This document shows positions 48,508-59,069 of a DNA stretch of 64,000 nt, one piece after another. Numbering within the stretch: the stretch's first letter is position 1; every line of letters starts with the position of its first letter. The stretch is taken from the NCBI GenBank assembly GCA_965203555.1, contig CBDBCY010000004.1:768001-832000 (forward strand), read 5' to 3'. The notes below the pieces were generated by a model. The model searched no databases and was not told where the DNA came from. It was given only the letters and a program-made list of their open reading frames with translations. This DNA comes from Acidimicrobiia bacterium (GTDB lineage Bacteria > Actinomycetota > Acidimicrobiia > Spongiisociales > ZC4RG35). Both the position numbers and the translations under genes were made by a program.

Positions 48508-49896
48508 TCAGTACAGCCTCCCCATCAAGTGGTGTCTTCTGGCTATGGTGACCTCCGCCTCCAGAAATGTGCCCGGAGGGAATTCGCCCTTCACATGCAC
48601 GATCTTTCCTCCCCGCGTTCGCGACTTCACCACTTTGGGGTCCTTGCGGGAAGGTCCTTCCACCAGTACTTCCAGCCGCTTTCCCACCATCTCGGCATTC
48701 TTCTCCTCGGAAATCCGGTTTTGAAGTTCCACCAATCTGCGGAAGCGCTGCTTGACGATGCCAGGCTCTATGAACAATTCCGTCATCCCGGCGGCGGCAG
48801 TTCCCGGACGGGGGGAGAAGATGAACATGAAGGCTTGGTCGAAACGAGCCTCAGCAACAACCTCGAGAGTCCTTTCGAAATCGGCTTCCGTCTCTCCGGG
48901 AAACCCCACGATGATGTCGGTCGACACGGTGAGGTCCGCGATGATGCGGCGCGCCATGGCCAGCCGGTCCAGAAAGCGCCTTGCGTTATAGCCTCTATGC
49001 ATCCTGGCCAGAATCCGGTCGCTGCCGCTCTGCAGTGGAAGGTGCAACTGCTCGCACACCGCCTCGGTCTCCGCCATCGCCATCGCCACGTTCTCACGAA
49101 AATCGGCCGGATGGGGGCTGGTGAACCGGATACGGCGGATGCCGTCCACCTCTCCGACACGTCTCAGCAACTCGGCGAAAATGGGGCGACGTCGTCCTCC
49201 CAAAGCCAGATCGCGCCCGTAGGTGTCGATGTTCTGACCCAGCAGGGTCACTTCCAGCACTCCCTCCGAAACCAGTTGTTCCACCTCTCTCACGATCTCT
49301 CCGGGCCTTCGACTCACCTCCGGACCCCGCACTGTGGGAACAATGCAAAAGGTGCAGGTGTTGTTGCATCCAAGCTGTACCGTCACCCAGGCCGAGTGCT
49401 CCACCTCCCGCCGGGTGGGTAGTTGAGAGGGCATGTCATGCAGTGACTCGTAGATCTCCGTAACTCCGCCCCATTCCTGGGCATGATCCAGCAGGTCCAG
49501 TACCCGTCCCAGATTGTGGGTCCCCATCACCACATCCACCCACGGCGCTCTCTCACGGACAATCTGGCGGTCTTTCTGCGCGGCGCAACCTCCCACCACC
49601 AGCATCATGTCAGGCCGTCGGGCCTTGAGCGCCTTCAACTGTCCCAAGTTCCCGTACAGGCGGTTGTCGGCGTTCTCCCTAATGGTGCAGGTGTTTATGA
49701 AGATCACGTCAGCCTGGTCGAGTGAGGAGGCAGGGGCCATGCCATCAGATTCCAACAAGCCGGCGATACGTTCGGAATCATGCTCATTCATCTGGCACCC
49801 GAAAGTGCGGATGAAATAGACCTGCCCCTCTCTTTTGGGCATTCGGTCAGGCTGGTCAACCTTGCGGACCGGCCGGGAAAGCAAGACGGTGCTCAT
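48508..49896 (-). CDS. miaB: tRNA-i6A37 methylthiotransferase
   Basis: TFGCQMNEHDS, NTCTIRENA, CNNTCTFC and a C-terminal TRAM domain. Confidence 0.96.
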   Translation of the reverse strand: MSTVLLSRPVRKVDQPDRMPKREGQVYFIRTFGCQMNEHDSERIAGLLESDGMAPASSLDQADVIFINTCTIRENADNRLYGNLGQLKALKARRPDMMLVVGGCAAQKDRQIVRERAPWVDVVMGTHNLGRVLDLLDHAQEWGGVTEIYESLHDMPSQLPTRREVEHSAWVTVQLGCNNTCTFCIVPTVRGPEVSRRPGEIVREVEQLVSEGVLEVTLLGQNIDTYGRDLALGGRRRPIFAELLRRVGEVDGIRRIRFTSPHPADFRENVAMAMAETEAVCEQLHLPLQSGSDRILARMHRGYNARRFLDRLAMARRIIADLTVSTDIIVGFPGETEADFERTLEVVAEARFDQAFMFIFSPRPGTAAAGMTELFIEPGIVKQRFRRLVELQNRISEEKNAEMVGKRLEVLVEGPSRKDPKVVKSRTRGGKIVHVKGEFPPGTFLEAEVTIARRHHLMGRLY

Positions 49897-51431
49897 CGGG
49901 CGTAGTCGGTGTAGCGACTCTCCCTGATGACGGTCACCTCGATTTTGCCCGGATATTGCATCTCCTTTTCGACCCTCCGGGCAATCTGTCGAGCCAGAGC
50001 GCCGGCAGTCAGATCGTCCACCCGCCGCGGGTTGACCAGGACCCTCACCTCCCTGCCCGCCTGGAAGGCATAGGCCTTTGCGACACCATCGTAGGAGGCC
50101 GCAATTCTCTCCAGGTTCTCCAGCTTCTGGGTGTATTGCTCGAACGATTCACGCCGCGCCCCGGGCCGAGCGGCCGACAAGGCATCGGCGGCTTGCACCA
50201 ACACCGCCAAAACAGTGCGCGGGGCCACCTCATTGTGGTGAGCCTCTATCCCGTGCACCACCTCGGGATCCTCTCCCAGCCGCCGGGCTATCTCGGCGCC
50301 GACATGGGCATGGGACCCCTCCAACTTGTGGCTGACCGCCTTGCCGATGTCATGCAGGAGAGCGGCCCGCTTGATCGGAACCGGGTCAACTCCCAGTTCG
50401 CTGGCCAGGAGACCGGCGGCGTGGGCGGACTCTATCAAGTGGTCGAGGACATTCTGACCGTAGGAAGTCCGGTAGCGAAGCTGCCCCAGCAGTTCGATCA
50501 GTTCCGGACGCATCTTGCTCAGGTTGACTTCCAGAAGGGCCGCCTCCCCCGCATCCCGGATGGAGTGGGAGACCTCGGATTCGGCTTTTGCCACCGCCTC
50601 CTCTATGGCGGTCGGGTTGAGACGACCGTCGACTATCAACTTCTCCAAAGCCAACCGGGCCACCTCCCGGCGTATCGGATCGTAGCTATTGAGCATCACC
50701 GCTTCGGGAAGCTTGTCGTCGATGATCAAGCTGACTCCGGTAACGGCCTCGAAGGCACGGATATTGCGGCCCTCCCGGCCGATTATCCGGCCCTTCATAT
50801 GCTCGCTCGGCAGATTGATCACCGTGGAGGTGGCATCCTTCACCACTTGGTGAGACAGGCGCTGCACCACTCCCGCCAGTATTCTCCGTGACCGCCACTC
50901 TGCCTCCTCCCGAGATCTTATCTCGATGTCCCGGATCAACATCATCGCATCGCGCCGCGCTTCATGTTCGACTTTTTCCATGATCTGCTTCCGGGCTTCC
51001 GCCCGATCGAGCCCGGCCAGACGAGTCAGATCACTCCAAGCCTGATCCTCCACTTCCTGGGCTTCGACTCTCAGCCTCTTGGCTTCGACCTCTCTCTCTA
51101 TGAGGAGACGTTCCCGCTCCTCCAGGTTGGCCGACTGCTGATCGAGTCTTTCCTCCCGTTGCATGACTCGCCTCGTGCGAGCTTCTATCGACTCCCTCTG
51201 CCGGGACATCGCCTCTTCTTCGACGGCCCTCCTTTCCTCGGAGCGAACCCGGGACTCCTCTTCGGCCCTGGCCAGGATTCGCTGCGCTTCCAAACGAGCT
51301 TCGGCAACCTTGTCCTCCACGTTGGCGGCGCCGCCCACCCGCACCCTGATCAGGGCAATTATCAACCCGACAATCACCACCACCACTGTGACCGCCAAGG
51401 CCACGATCAGAGCAACTTGACTTACAGGCAT
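49893..51431 (-). CDS. rny: Ribonuclease Y
   Basis: N-terminal TM, coiled coil, KH motif KGRIIGREGRNIR, HD motif LLHDIGK and SAARPGAR. Confidence 0.96.
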   Translation of the reverse strand: MPVSQVALIVALAVTVVVVIVGLIIALIRVRVGGAANVEDKVAEARLEAQRILARAEEESRVRSEERRAVEEEAMSRQRESIEARTRRVMQREERLDQQSANLEERERLLIEREVEAKRLRVEAQEVEDQAWSDLTRLAGLDRAEARKQIMEKVEHEARRDAMMLIRDIEIRSREEAEWRSRRILAGVVQRLSHQVVKDATSTVINLPSEHMKGRIIGREGRNIRAFEAVTGVSLIIDDKLPEAVMLNSYDPIRREVARLALEKLIVDGRLNPTAIEEAVAKAESEVSHSIRDAGEAALLEVNLSKMRPELIELLGQLRYRTSYGQNVLDHLIESAHAAGLLASELGVDPVPIKRAALLHDIGKAVSHKLEGSHAHVGAEIARRLGEDPEVVHGIEAHHNEVAPRTVLAVLVQAADALSAARPGARRESFEQYTQKLENLERIAASYDGVAKAYAFQAGREVRVLVNPRRVDDLTAGALARQIARRVEKEMQYPGKIEVTVIRESRYTDYAR

Positions 51432-51586
51432 TTATCAGACGAGTTTTCAGAGCCCGAGTTATTGGACAGAGAGCCCCCGAAGGGCAACCCCCCGTATCTC
51501 GGCATGCATTGCGAATAGATCTGCCTCCCATTGTAGAGGGCCGTTCCGCCTGCACAGACCAATTAGCGGTGCATGTCGTAATCGGA

Positions 51587-52639
51587 TCAGGAGGCTGCCG
51601 GACTCCCCATCGCATCCAACACGGCCCGGACCTCGCGATCCGACTCCAGGCCCGGGAGAGTGAACCCGACCTTTTCGTAGACCTTGGCCTGCAACTGCAT
51701 GGCGATCTCGGGGTTTTCGCAAAGGAACTGTTTGACGTTTTCCCTGCCCTGTCCAAGCTGGTCATCGCCCAATGAGAACCACGAACCACTCTTTCGCACC
51801 AACCCCATATCCAAGGCGACATCCAAAAGGCTTCCTTCCCGGGAAATGCCCTTTCCGAACATGATGTCGAACTCGGCCTTGCGGAAGGGGGGCGCCATCT
51901 TGTTCTTGACCACCTTCGCTCTGATCCGGTTACCCACTTCCTGGCCACGGTGCTTGATCGAACCGATACGACGGACATCAACCCGCACCGAGGCGAAGAA
52001 CTTGAGCGCTCGACCCCCGGGCGTGGTCTCCGGCGAACCGAACATGACGCCGATTTTCTCTCGTAATTGATTGATAAAGATGGCGGTGGTCCGGGAACGA
52101 TTCAACGTTCCGGCCAGCTTTCGCAGCGCCTGTGACATCAGGCGAGCCTGAAGACCGACATGCTTGTCCCCCATTTCACCCTCGATCTCCGCCCTGGGAA
52201 CCAGCGCCGCCACCGAGTCGATCACCAGCACATCCAAGGCGCCGGATCGGATCAGCATGTCGGCGATCTCCAGAGCCTGCTCCCCGGTGTCGGGCTGTGA
52301 AATCAGCAACTCGTCCACATCCACTCCCAGGACACCGGCATAGGAGGGATCCAGGCAATGTTCGGCGTCGATGAAAGCCGCTATTCCCCCGTTTCGCTGC
52401 GCCTCGGCTACCACATGTAGGGCCAGAGTCGTCTTACCCGAACTTTCGGGGCCGTATATTTCGACCACCCTTCCCCTGGGCATGCCGCCTATCCCCAGTG
52501 CGACGTCCAAGGACAAGGCGCCGGTGGAGATCACCTCAGGCCTTTGCTGGGCCGACTCCCCCATACGCATCACCGCCCCTTTCCCGTACTGTTTGGTGAT
52601 CTGGCCTACCGCCATCTCCAAAGCTTTTTCCCTGTCCAT
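51587..52639 (-). CDS. recA: Recombinase RecA
   Basis: [28 protein letters not shown] and KVVKNK motifs. Confidence 0.98.
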   Translation of the reverse strand: MDREKALEMAVGQITKQYGKGAVMRMGESAQQRPEVISTGALSLDVALGIGGMPRGRVVEIYGPESSGKTTLALHVVAEAQRNGGIAAFIDAEHCLDPSYAGVLGVDVDELLISQPDTGEQALEIADMLIRSGALDVLVIDSVAALVPRAEIEGEMGDKHVGLQARLMSQALRKLAGTLNRSRTTAIFINQLREKIGVMFGSPETTPGGRALKFFASVRVDVRRIGSIKHRGQEVGNRIRAKVVKNKMAPPFRKAEFDIMFGKGISREGSLLDVALDMGLVRKSGSWFSLGDDQLGQGRENVKQFLCENPEIAMQLQAKVYEKVGFTLPGLESDREVRAVLDAMGSPAAS

Positions 52640-52673
52640 AGGTTGTTCCTTTCTAGTGAACGGCTATAGAACA

Positions 52674-52696
52674 AAGCTATAGAACCGCTGTGACAA
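52674..52696 (-). promoter_or_regulatory. RecA-NDp / PafBC-type DNA-damage promoter motif upstream of recA
   Basis: Minus strand TTGTCACAG-N8-TAGCTT, compared with the known actinobacterial consensus tTGTCRgtg-N8-TAnnnT. Confidence 0.7.
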
Positions 52697-52771
52697 AACT
52701 ATATAAACGTGCTTCGAATGCGAGAGCTTTTCAAATGGTTCGGACCTGATATTTTCCCAAACAATGATAAA

Positions 52772-52785
52772 CGAACATGTGTTCG
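52772..52785. promoter_or_regulatory. LexA (SOS) box upstream of recA
   Basis: CGAAC-ATGT-GTTCG, a perfect match to the consensus. Confidence 0.92.
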
Positions 52786-52838
52786 ATATCCAAGTATTAT
52801 GCGCAAACGGTCTGCCGCTTCCCTCAATCGCCCGCTCC

Positions 52839-53399
52839 TCAACCCAGAAAAACCCGCTCCATCACCTCATAGCGAGGAGGTCCTCCGCCCAAATGACTCC
52901 GAAACACCGTCACCTCGCTGACCGTCATCTCCACCTCCGCCGACGGCGCCGAGGCCACCATGGCTCGCAAATCCTGCGGAGGACGGAGCCGGGAGAGGGT
53001 CAGGTGCGCCGAGAAAGGACGCTCCGGCAATCGCAATCCGGCGCCTTTCACCGCTTCTGCCACCCCGGCGGCCAAGGCCGAAAGCGATTCGGCGCCCCTT
53101 GACACCCCCACCCATAACACTGACGCCCTACTGGCGCGTGGGAAGGTTCCCAGCCTTCCGAACCGGCAACGGAAGGCATCTCCCAGCGGCGCCTCGGTGA
53201 GACGGTGCAACATCACTTCAAACCTGTCTGTGGGGGTATCCCCCAGAAACCACAGGGTCATGTGCCAATTCCGGGGAGGTGTGATGCGACCCGGCAGTTT
53301 GGCGCCGCCCGCCATTCTCATCACCCGGCGGCTCAGAATCTGCCGAGCCTCGGACGTGAGATCCACCGCCAGGAAGATCCGGCCTACCGATTCCACCAT
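52839..53399 (-). CDS. thpR: RNA 2',3'-cyclic phosphodiesterase (2H family)
   Basis: RIFLAV and two HxT motifs (WHMTL, AHLTL). Confidence 0.93.
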   Translation of the reverse strand: MVESVGRIFLAVDLTSEARQILSRRVMRMAGGAKLPGRITPPRNWHMTLWFLGDTPTDRFEVMLHRLTEAPLGDAFRCRFGRLGTFPRASRASVLWVGVSRGAESLSALAAGVAEAVKGAGLRLPERPFSAHLTLSRLRPPQDLRAMVASAPSAEVEMTVSEVTVFRSHLGGGPPRYEVMERVFLG

Positions 53400-54628
53400 T
53401 TCCCACTTATGCCGAGGCGCGCCAGATGGAGGGCGGCGGTGGTGGCGTAAGTGCGCACCCTTTCCCGGTCGCCAGGCATCCGGAGTCTGCGGGTGGCCGC
53501 TGCATCGGGGGTGGCCACTCCCACATAAACCACTCCCACCGGTTCTTCGGTCGGCGCCGGTCCGGCGGATCCGGTTATTCCCACTCCCACATCCACCCCC
53601 AAGGCGCGGCAGGCGCCCTCCGCCATCTCCCGGGCCGTGGAGGCGGACACCACCCCGTCGGCCAGCACATCGGCGCCCACCCCCAGCAGTTCTTTCTTGA
53701 GATCGGTTGCGTAACTCACCACCGACCCTCGGAACACCCGAGAGGCGCCCGGGGTGGAGGTGATCCGGGCGGCCACCATACCGGCGGTCATGGACTCGGC
53801 GGTTCCGATAGTCCAGTTCCGCTCTTCCAGCATCTCAAGCAAACGGCGCTCTATGGTCTGATCATCGAAACCGAACACCGCCCACCCCAAGCGCCGGCAA
53901 ACCTCCTGGCTGACAGGTGCGATCATCCTCTCCGCGGTCGCTTCGTCGGCCGCCTTGGCGGTGATTCGGACCTTGATCTCCCCCGAGGAGGCAAGATAGG
54001 CCAGACTGGGATTCTCCGAGCCATGGTACAGGTCCTCCAACAATTCGGCGGTTCGCGACTCCGACCTTCCCCAGGTCCTGACCACCCTGCTGACCAGCGT
54101 CTCCGAGACTCCCGATGCTTGTCTGAGCCGGGGAATCACCTCACCGGTGACCAGTCCCACCATCTCCATGGGCACCCCGGGCACAGCAAAAATCCACTTG
54201 CCGTGGTGAGAGAGAGCCAGACCGGGAGCGGTTCCCTTCGGGTTGTGGATCAGTTCCGCGCCCTGCGGATACTCTGCCTGACGCAGGTTGCTGACCGGCA
54301 TCTCCCACCCCCTTTCTGCGAACCGTGCCCTCAGGATCTCCGCCCACTCATCGCTGTACCGCATGGGTCGCCCCGTCACTGCGCAAATCGCCTCCCGGGT
54401 GATATCATCAGGAGTCGGCCCGATTCCCCCCGTGATGATCACCGCATCGGCCCTTGTCAACGCCGCGGCGATCGCCGCCTCCATTCTCTGCGGATTGTCA
54501 CCCACGGTCACCTGGTAATGGGCGTCGTGTCCCTCCGCGGCCAGGATCTCTCCGATGGTGGCCGCGTTGCCATTGACGATCTGTCCCAAAAGCAATTCGG
54601 TTCCCACCGTTATCACTTCCACGATCAT
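53384..54628 (-). CDS. cinA: CinA / nicotinamide mononucleotide deamidase (MCF + PncC domains)
   Basis: VGTELLLGQIVN, TGGIGPTPDDIT, AESMTAG and ITGSAGP motifs. Confidence 0.94.
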   Translation of the reverse strand: MIVEVITVGTELLLGQIVNGNAATIGEILAAEGHDAHYQVTVGDNPQRMEAAIAAALTRADAVIITGGIGPTPDDITREAICAVTGRPMRYSDEWAEILRARFAERGWEMPVSNLRQAEYPQGAELIHNPKGTAPGLALSHHGKWIFAVPGVPMEMVGLVTGEVIPRLRQASGVSETLVSRVVRTWGRSESRTAELLEDLYHGSENPSLAYLASSGEIKVRITAKAADEATAERMIAPVSQEVCRRLGWAVFGFDDQTIERRLLEMLEERNWTIGTAESMTAGMVAARITSTPGASRVFRGSVVSYATDLKKELLGVGADVLADGVVSASTAREMAEGACRALGVDVGVGITGSAGPAPTEEPVGVVYVGVATPDAAATRRLRMPGDRERVRTYATTAALHLARLGISGKWWNR

Positions 54629-55539
54629 CGGCGGCACCCCTCCCGGACGGCGCCGGGAAGCGGGACTGGGTGAGGATTGCCCCGAAGGCCCAAGTGTGTC
54701 CGGTATCCGGCCGCCCGGGCGGCGTCCACCACTTCAGCTCTTCCCCAGGCCACCTCACCGACTCGGTGACCGTCACTGGCCAGGGTGACCGGTATTCCCG
54801 CCTGTCGGAACATCTGCAGGAAAGCGGGAGACGGATAGACCTCTCGGGCCGGGTTGCGCAAGCCCTGGCTGGAAATCTCCACCGCCCAGCCTCGGGCGGC
54901 AGCCGCCTCCACCACCTTCCGATAGAGGTGGAGAGGCTCTCGGGCAGGCCGGTACCCGTATTTCTTGCACAGATCGACATGGGCCACCACATCGGCAATC
55001 CCCGATCCGATCATCTCGACCACCAACTCCAAATACTGTTCCCAGGACTCCTCAACCCCTCTTCGCTCGAACTCCCCGGCGCATTCGGAAGTGTCGATCG
55101 CCCAACTGCCCACCCAGTGGACCGCTCCGAGAAGAAAGTCCCAGGGATAGGGCGACAGCAACTCGGCGACGGCTTCCTCGGTCCCCGGTATGAAATCCAC
55201 CTCCAGCCCCAGCAGCACCGGCATCCCCTGCTCCTTGGCGGCCAGTACGGCCTCCACATATTGCTCGATCCGAAAGACCCGGTCAAGTTCCACCATCCGG
55301 GCTGTAAAGTCGGCAAGCCCGGCGGGGGCTGCGGCGGTCGGGTCGGATTCCCAGAACCGGCCCAGGACCGGTTCGGACTCCTTGAATCGATAAAGATGCT
55401 CGGTGAATCCCAACTCCGACACACCCCGAGCCGCTCCCGCCTCGCAGTACCGGTCTATCCGCTGCAGAGGAAAACCATCGGGAATCGGATCCGAGGCATT
55501 TTGACGATGGGGATAGAGGTGCAAGTGATAATCAGACAT
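54625..55539 (-). CDS. PHP-family phosphatase (HisJ-type histidinol-phosphatase-like)
   Basis: DYHLH, FTEH, GLEVD, GAVH, AHVD and ASDGH motifs. Confidence 0.85.
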   Translation of the reverse strand: MSDYHLHLYPHRQNASDPIPDGFPLQRIDRYCEAGAARGVSELGFTEHLYRFKESEPVLGRFWESDPTAAAPAGLADFTARMVELDRVFRIEQYVEAVLAAKEQGMPVLLGLEVDFIPGTEEAVAELLSPYPWDFLLGAVHWVGSWAIDTSECAGEFERRGVEESWEQYLELVVEMIGSGIADVVAHVDLCKKYGYRPAREPLHLYRKVVEAAAARGWAVEISSQGLRNPAREVYPSPAFLQMFRQAGIPVTLASDGHRVGEVAWGRAEVVDAARAAGYRTHLGLRGNPHPVPLPGAVREGCRR

Positions 55540-55565
55540 GAGCGACCACCCGCGGAGCAAGCGCC

Positions 55566-55847
55566 CTAATGTCGGACTGCCTCCACCAATGCCTGTAGCG
55601 GACCGGGTCCCACCGCATCAGCCAGATGGCTCCACACCCCGTCGGGGATCGGCTCATCCCGCTCCAACATTCCGGCGGCCAGGTCCACCGCATCGGCCAA
55701 ACCAACATAGATCCCGGTCTGATCCCTGTCCAAAGCGGTGGAAACCGCCATTCGGGCAGAGACGGGATCGCCCCTTCCCAGCGCTTCGATAGCCCGCTCC
55801 GCAGCAGTCAGCGCCTGGCGCTGCAGCCGTCCGGGGTTTCGCATCAC
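55566..55847 (-). CDS. Small helical hypothetical protein
   Basis: Start overlaps the stop of the upstream gene; Ala/Leu-rich helices. Confidence 0.65.
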   Translation of the reverse strand: MMRNPGRLQRQALTAAERAIEALGRGDPVSARMAVSTALDRDQTGIYVGLADAVDLAAGMLERDEPIPDGVWSHLADAVGPGPLQALVEAVRH

Positions 55848-56908
55848 ACTTCCCGGAACAGGTACGGTCGCAACACGTCCATGCGCCGCTCGATCTCGTC
55901 GGGATACAGATACCAGAGCATGGCGGCCACGGTGGACAGCAGGGGGTTGCCGTCCTGGGGAGTGAATGCAAAGCCCACTACCTGCACCCCGTCCCGGACG
56001 GTCAAGGTCGGCGCCGCCACCACCGCGTGAGAAAGAATCCTGCCATAGTATCCGTGGTCCCTGCCGAAAGAGAACACCTGGTTCGCCGAACTGCGGTAGG
56101 TCACCGCCACCCGGGAGTTGGCGTGGAAGCGATCCATTACTTCTTCCCTGGTGATCTCCCTGTCCAAAGTGATGGAGAAATGCAGGGTGTGCATGTATTG
56201 CGTGTTGAGTTTTATCGCCGATGAATGCAGGCGCAGATCATGTCCGAGGGTGGAGAACAGCTTGTGCGCGTCACGGGCGTGGTGAGTGCCGAACCTGCCA
56301 TCCCTGTGGGCGTCCACGGTGGGACTGGCCACGAATCTGCGATCCTGGCTGATGTCGTTGGCCCTGCGGATGCACAGGAACTCGCCGTTGTCGAGGTGGG
56401 AACGGCCATCGGGGTCCATGGCCAGACTTTGGATCATGGCCGAGATGTTGTGGGTGTTGCAGGAGACGATGTGGAGGTACCGGTCCCGTTCGGGGTTCAA
56501 GACGGCGTCGTTGATCCCCCGGGCATACATCTTTCCAAACCCGAATTCCGACCCTTGTGCCAGAAACCCGCGGGGGCCTGACAGGGACTCGTAGAACTCG
56601 GTTTTGTTCTGGTTGCCGGCCGGGGTGCAGTCGATCACCACCGAAGCCCGTTCCAAGGCTTCCAGCTTCTCATATTTGGGACTGTGACCCAGAGCCTGGA
56701 ACTCGAGGCGACGGTCTTCATCCACGGCCAGCATGGCGCCTCTGCGGACCAGATCATCAACCTTGCCGCGTTCGGCCAGCATGGGGGTCCGCTTGTGGAA
56801 GGTCACTTCATCCAGACCAAAAGCTTCCCGATTGTCCGCCAACAAACCGATCAGGGGCTCGCCGATCGTGCCGGTGCCCACTACATGGGCGATCATGCTC
56901 TCTGCCAA
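55844..56908 (-). CDS. Archaeal-type (class II) glyceraldehyde-3-phosphate dehydrogenase-like protein
   Basis: GTGTIG Rossmann loop, VIDCTP, AQG, IVSCNT catalytic Cys, IRRAND, THHARD and QYMH; AGGAG RBS before the TTG. Confidence 0.75.
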   Translation of the reverse strand: MAESMIAHVVGTGTIGEPLIGLLADNREAFGLDEVTFHKRTPMLAERGKVDDLVRRGAMLAVDEDRRLEFQALGHSPKYEKLEALERASVVIDCTPAGNQNKTEFYESLSGPRGFLAQGSEFGFGKMYARGINDAVLNPERDRYLHIVSCNTHNISAMIQSLAMDPDGRSHLDNGEFLCIRRANDISQDRRFVASPTVDAHRDGRFGTHHARDAHKLFSTLGHDLRLHSSAIKLNTQYMHTLHFSITLDREITREEVMDRFHANSRVAVTYRSSANQVFSFGRDHGYYGRILSHAVVAAPTLTVRDGVQVVGFAFTPQDGNPLLSTVAAMLWYLYPDEIERRMDVLRPYLFREV

Positions 56909-57047
56909 GAATCTCTCCTCGAAGCGCCGTCATGTCAAGGGTAACCCGTCAGTTCTGCTTTCCCCGGAGGAAAACCTCGACCCGCCGGTTCACGTCCGAA
57001 GTCGACCGTTCCACTATCCTTCGGTATCGCCTCACCCACCGGAGTAC

Positions 57048-58463
57048 ATGACCGCCCCCCAGACCCTTTTCGAAAAAGTGTGGAACCGCCATTTGGTGAG
57101 GGAGACCGAAGGCGAGCCGGCCCTGCTTTACATCGACCTGCACCTGGTGCATGAGGTCACCTCTCCACAGGCTTTCGACGGTCTCCGCTTGGCCGGTCGG
57201 TCGGTGAGAAGGCCGGATTTGACACTGGCCACCATCGATCACGGGGTGCCCACCACCGGTCGCGCTCTGGGAATCCGAGACCCTCTCTCAAAAAAGCAGA
57301 TCGACGCCCTGGTCGCCAATTGCGCCGAATTCGGTATCACGCTGTATGGATTGGAGGATCCCCGCCAGGGCATAGTGCACGTGATCGGTCCCGAACAGGG
57401 CGTAACCCAGCCGGGAATGACCATCGTATGTGGAGACTCCCATACGTCCACCCATGGCGCCTTCGGAGCGCTGGCTTTCGGGATCGGGACTTCCGAAGTG
57501 GAACATGTCCTCGCCACCCAGAGTCTCCCCCAGCCCCGACCGCGTTCGATGGCCATCACCATCGAGGGAGACCTTCCGGTCGGCGTGACCGCCAAGGACA
57601 TAATCCTGGGGATCATCGCCAGGATCGGAACGGCAGGCGGCCAGGGTCATGTCGTCGAGTACCGGGGATCGGCCATAGAGGGACTCTCCATGGAGGGACG
57701 GATGACCGTGTGCAACATGTCCATCGAGGCCGGCGCCCGGGCCGGGATGATCGCCCCCGACGACGTCACCTTCTCCTACCTGCAGGGGCGTCCCCACGCC
57801 CCTCGCGGAGCACTCTGGGAGAGGGCACTGGAGGAGTGGAGATCGCTGCCGACCGATCCGGGCGCGGAGTTCGACACCGAGGTGAGGATCGAGGCGGCGG
57901 ACCTGCGACCTTATGTCTCCTGGGGCACCAACCCCGGACAGACCTCGGCGGTCACCGATCAAATCCCCTCTCCCGACGACTTTGAAGACCCGCTGGAACG
58001 GGACTCCACTATGAGGGCCCTTGCCTACATGGACCTGCAACCCGGCACCCCCATTACCGAGATCACCATCGACCGGGTCTTTTTGGGATCCTGCACGAAC
58101 GCCCGCATCGAGGATCTCCGCACCGCCGCCGCCATTGTCTCCGGCAACAGGGTTCATCCCAATGTCTCCGCCATGGTCGTTCCGGGGTCAGGACTGGTCA
58201 AGCAACAAGCCGAGACCGAGGGTCTGGACCTCATCTTCAGGGACGCCGGATTCGAGTGGCGCGACGCCGGGTGCTCAATGTGCCTGGGTATGAATCCCGA
58301 TATCCTGATGCCGGGCGAACGCTGCGCCTCGACCTCCAATCGCAATTTCGAAGGCCGCCAGGGACAGGGTGGGCGGACCCACCTGGTCTCTCCGGCTATG
58401 GCCGCGGCGGCAGCGGTGTCGGGCAGGTTCGTCGACATCCGGGAGTGGGAGACCGGCGGATGA
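57048..58463 (+). CDS. leuC: 3-isopropylmalate dehydratase large subunit
   Basis: [32 protein letters not shown] and [12 protein letters not shown] motifs. Confidence 0.97.
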   Translation: MTAPQTLFEKVWNRHLVRETEGEPALLYIDLHLVHEVTSPQAFDGLRLAGRSVRRPDLTLATIDHGVPTTGRALGIRDPLSKKQIDALVANCAEFGITLYGLEDPRQGIVHVIGPEQGVTQPGMTIVCGDSHTSTHGAFGALAFGIGTSEVEHVLATQSLPQPRPRSMAITIEGDLPVGVTAKDIILGIIARIGTAGGQGHVVEYRGSAIEGLSMEGRMTVCNMSIEAGARAGMIAPDDVTFSYLQGRPHAPRGALWERALEEWRSLPTDPGAEFDTEVRIEAADLRPYVSWGTNPGQTSAVTDQIPSPDDFEDPLERDSTMRALAYMDLQPGTPITEITIDRVFLGSCTNARIEDLRTAAAIVSGNRVHPNVSAMVVPGSGLVKQQAETEGLDLIFRDAGFEWRDAGCSMCLGMNPDILMPGERCASTSNRNFEGRQGQGGRTHLVSPAMAAAAAVSGRFVDIREWETGG

Positions 58464-59065
58464 AATCTGTTTCCGTAATAACCGGCGCCATGCTTCCCCT
58501 GCCACGCGCCAACGTGGACACCGATCAAATCATGCCCAAGCAATTCCTCAAGCGGGTGGAACGGACCGGATACGGACAGTACCTGTTCTGGGACTGGAAG
58601 CGGACTCCCGGTGGGGATCCGGATCCGCAGTTTCCCCTCAATCAGCCCCAGTACGCCAAAGCGAAAGTCCTGGTGGCCGGACCCAACTTCGGCTGCGGAT
58701 CCTCGCGGGAACACGCTCCCTGGGGATTGCAGGACTGGGGCTTCGAGGCAGTGATCGCTCCGTCCCTGGCCGACATTTTCCGCACCAATTGCACCAAGAT
58801 CGGACTGTTGCCCATTCAGCTACCGTCCCCGGAGATTGAGACTTTGACTACCCTCGCCCAACGCCACCCCGACAGCCTGGTCACCATCGACCTGGAGGAT
58901 CAGACAGTCGAGGCGCCCGGCGTCTCCGCCCACTTCGACATGGATCCCTTTACCAAGTGGCGAATGCTCAACGGCTATGACGACATCGGACTCACTCTCC
59001 GCCACACCGCCGACATTGACGCATTCGAGCGCAGCCGGCCCTCCCACCTGCCCTCACTCCGGTAA
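58460..59065 (+). CDS. leuD: 3-isopropylmalate dehydratase small subunit
   Basis: [14 protein letters not shown] and [11 protein letters not shown] motifs. Confidence 0.97.
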   Translation: MKSVSVITGAMLPLPRANVDTDQIMPKQFLKRVERTGYGQYLFWDWKRTPGGDPDPQFPLNQPQYAKAKVLVAGPNFGCGSSREHAPWGLQDWGFEAVIAPSLADIFRTNCTKIGLLPIQLPSPEIETLTTLAQRHPDSLVTIDLEDQTVEAPGVSAHFDMDPFTKWRMLNGYDDIGLTLRHTADIDAFERSRPSHLPSLR

Positions 59066-59069
59066 GGCC

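Noticed and set aside
52658-52685. GAAC-N7-GAAC repeat upstream of recA, resembling the alphaproteobacterial LexA box
   Set aside because: The LexA here has clear CGAAC-N4-GTTCG sites, and the repeat overlaps the RecA-NDp motif, so it is probably coincidental.
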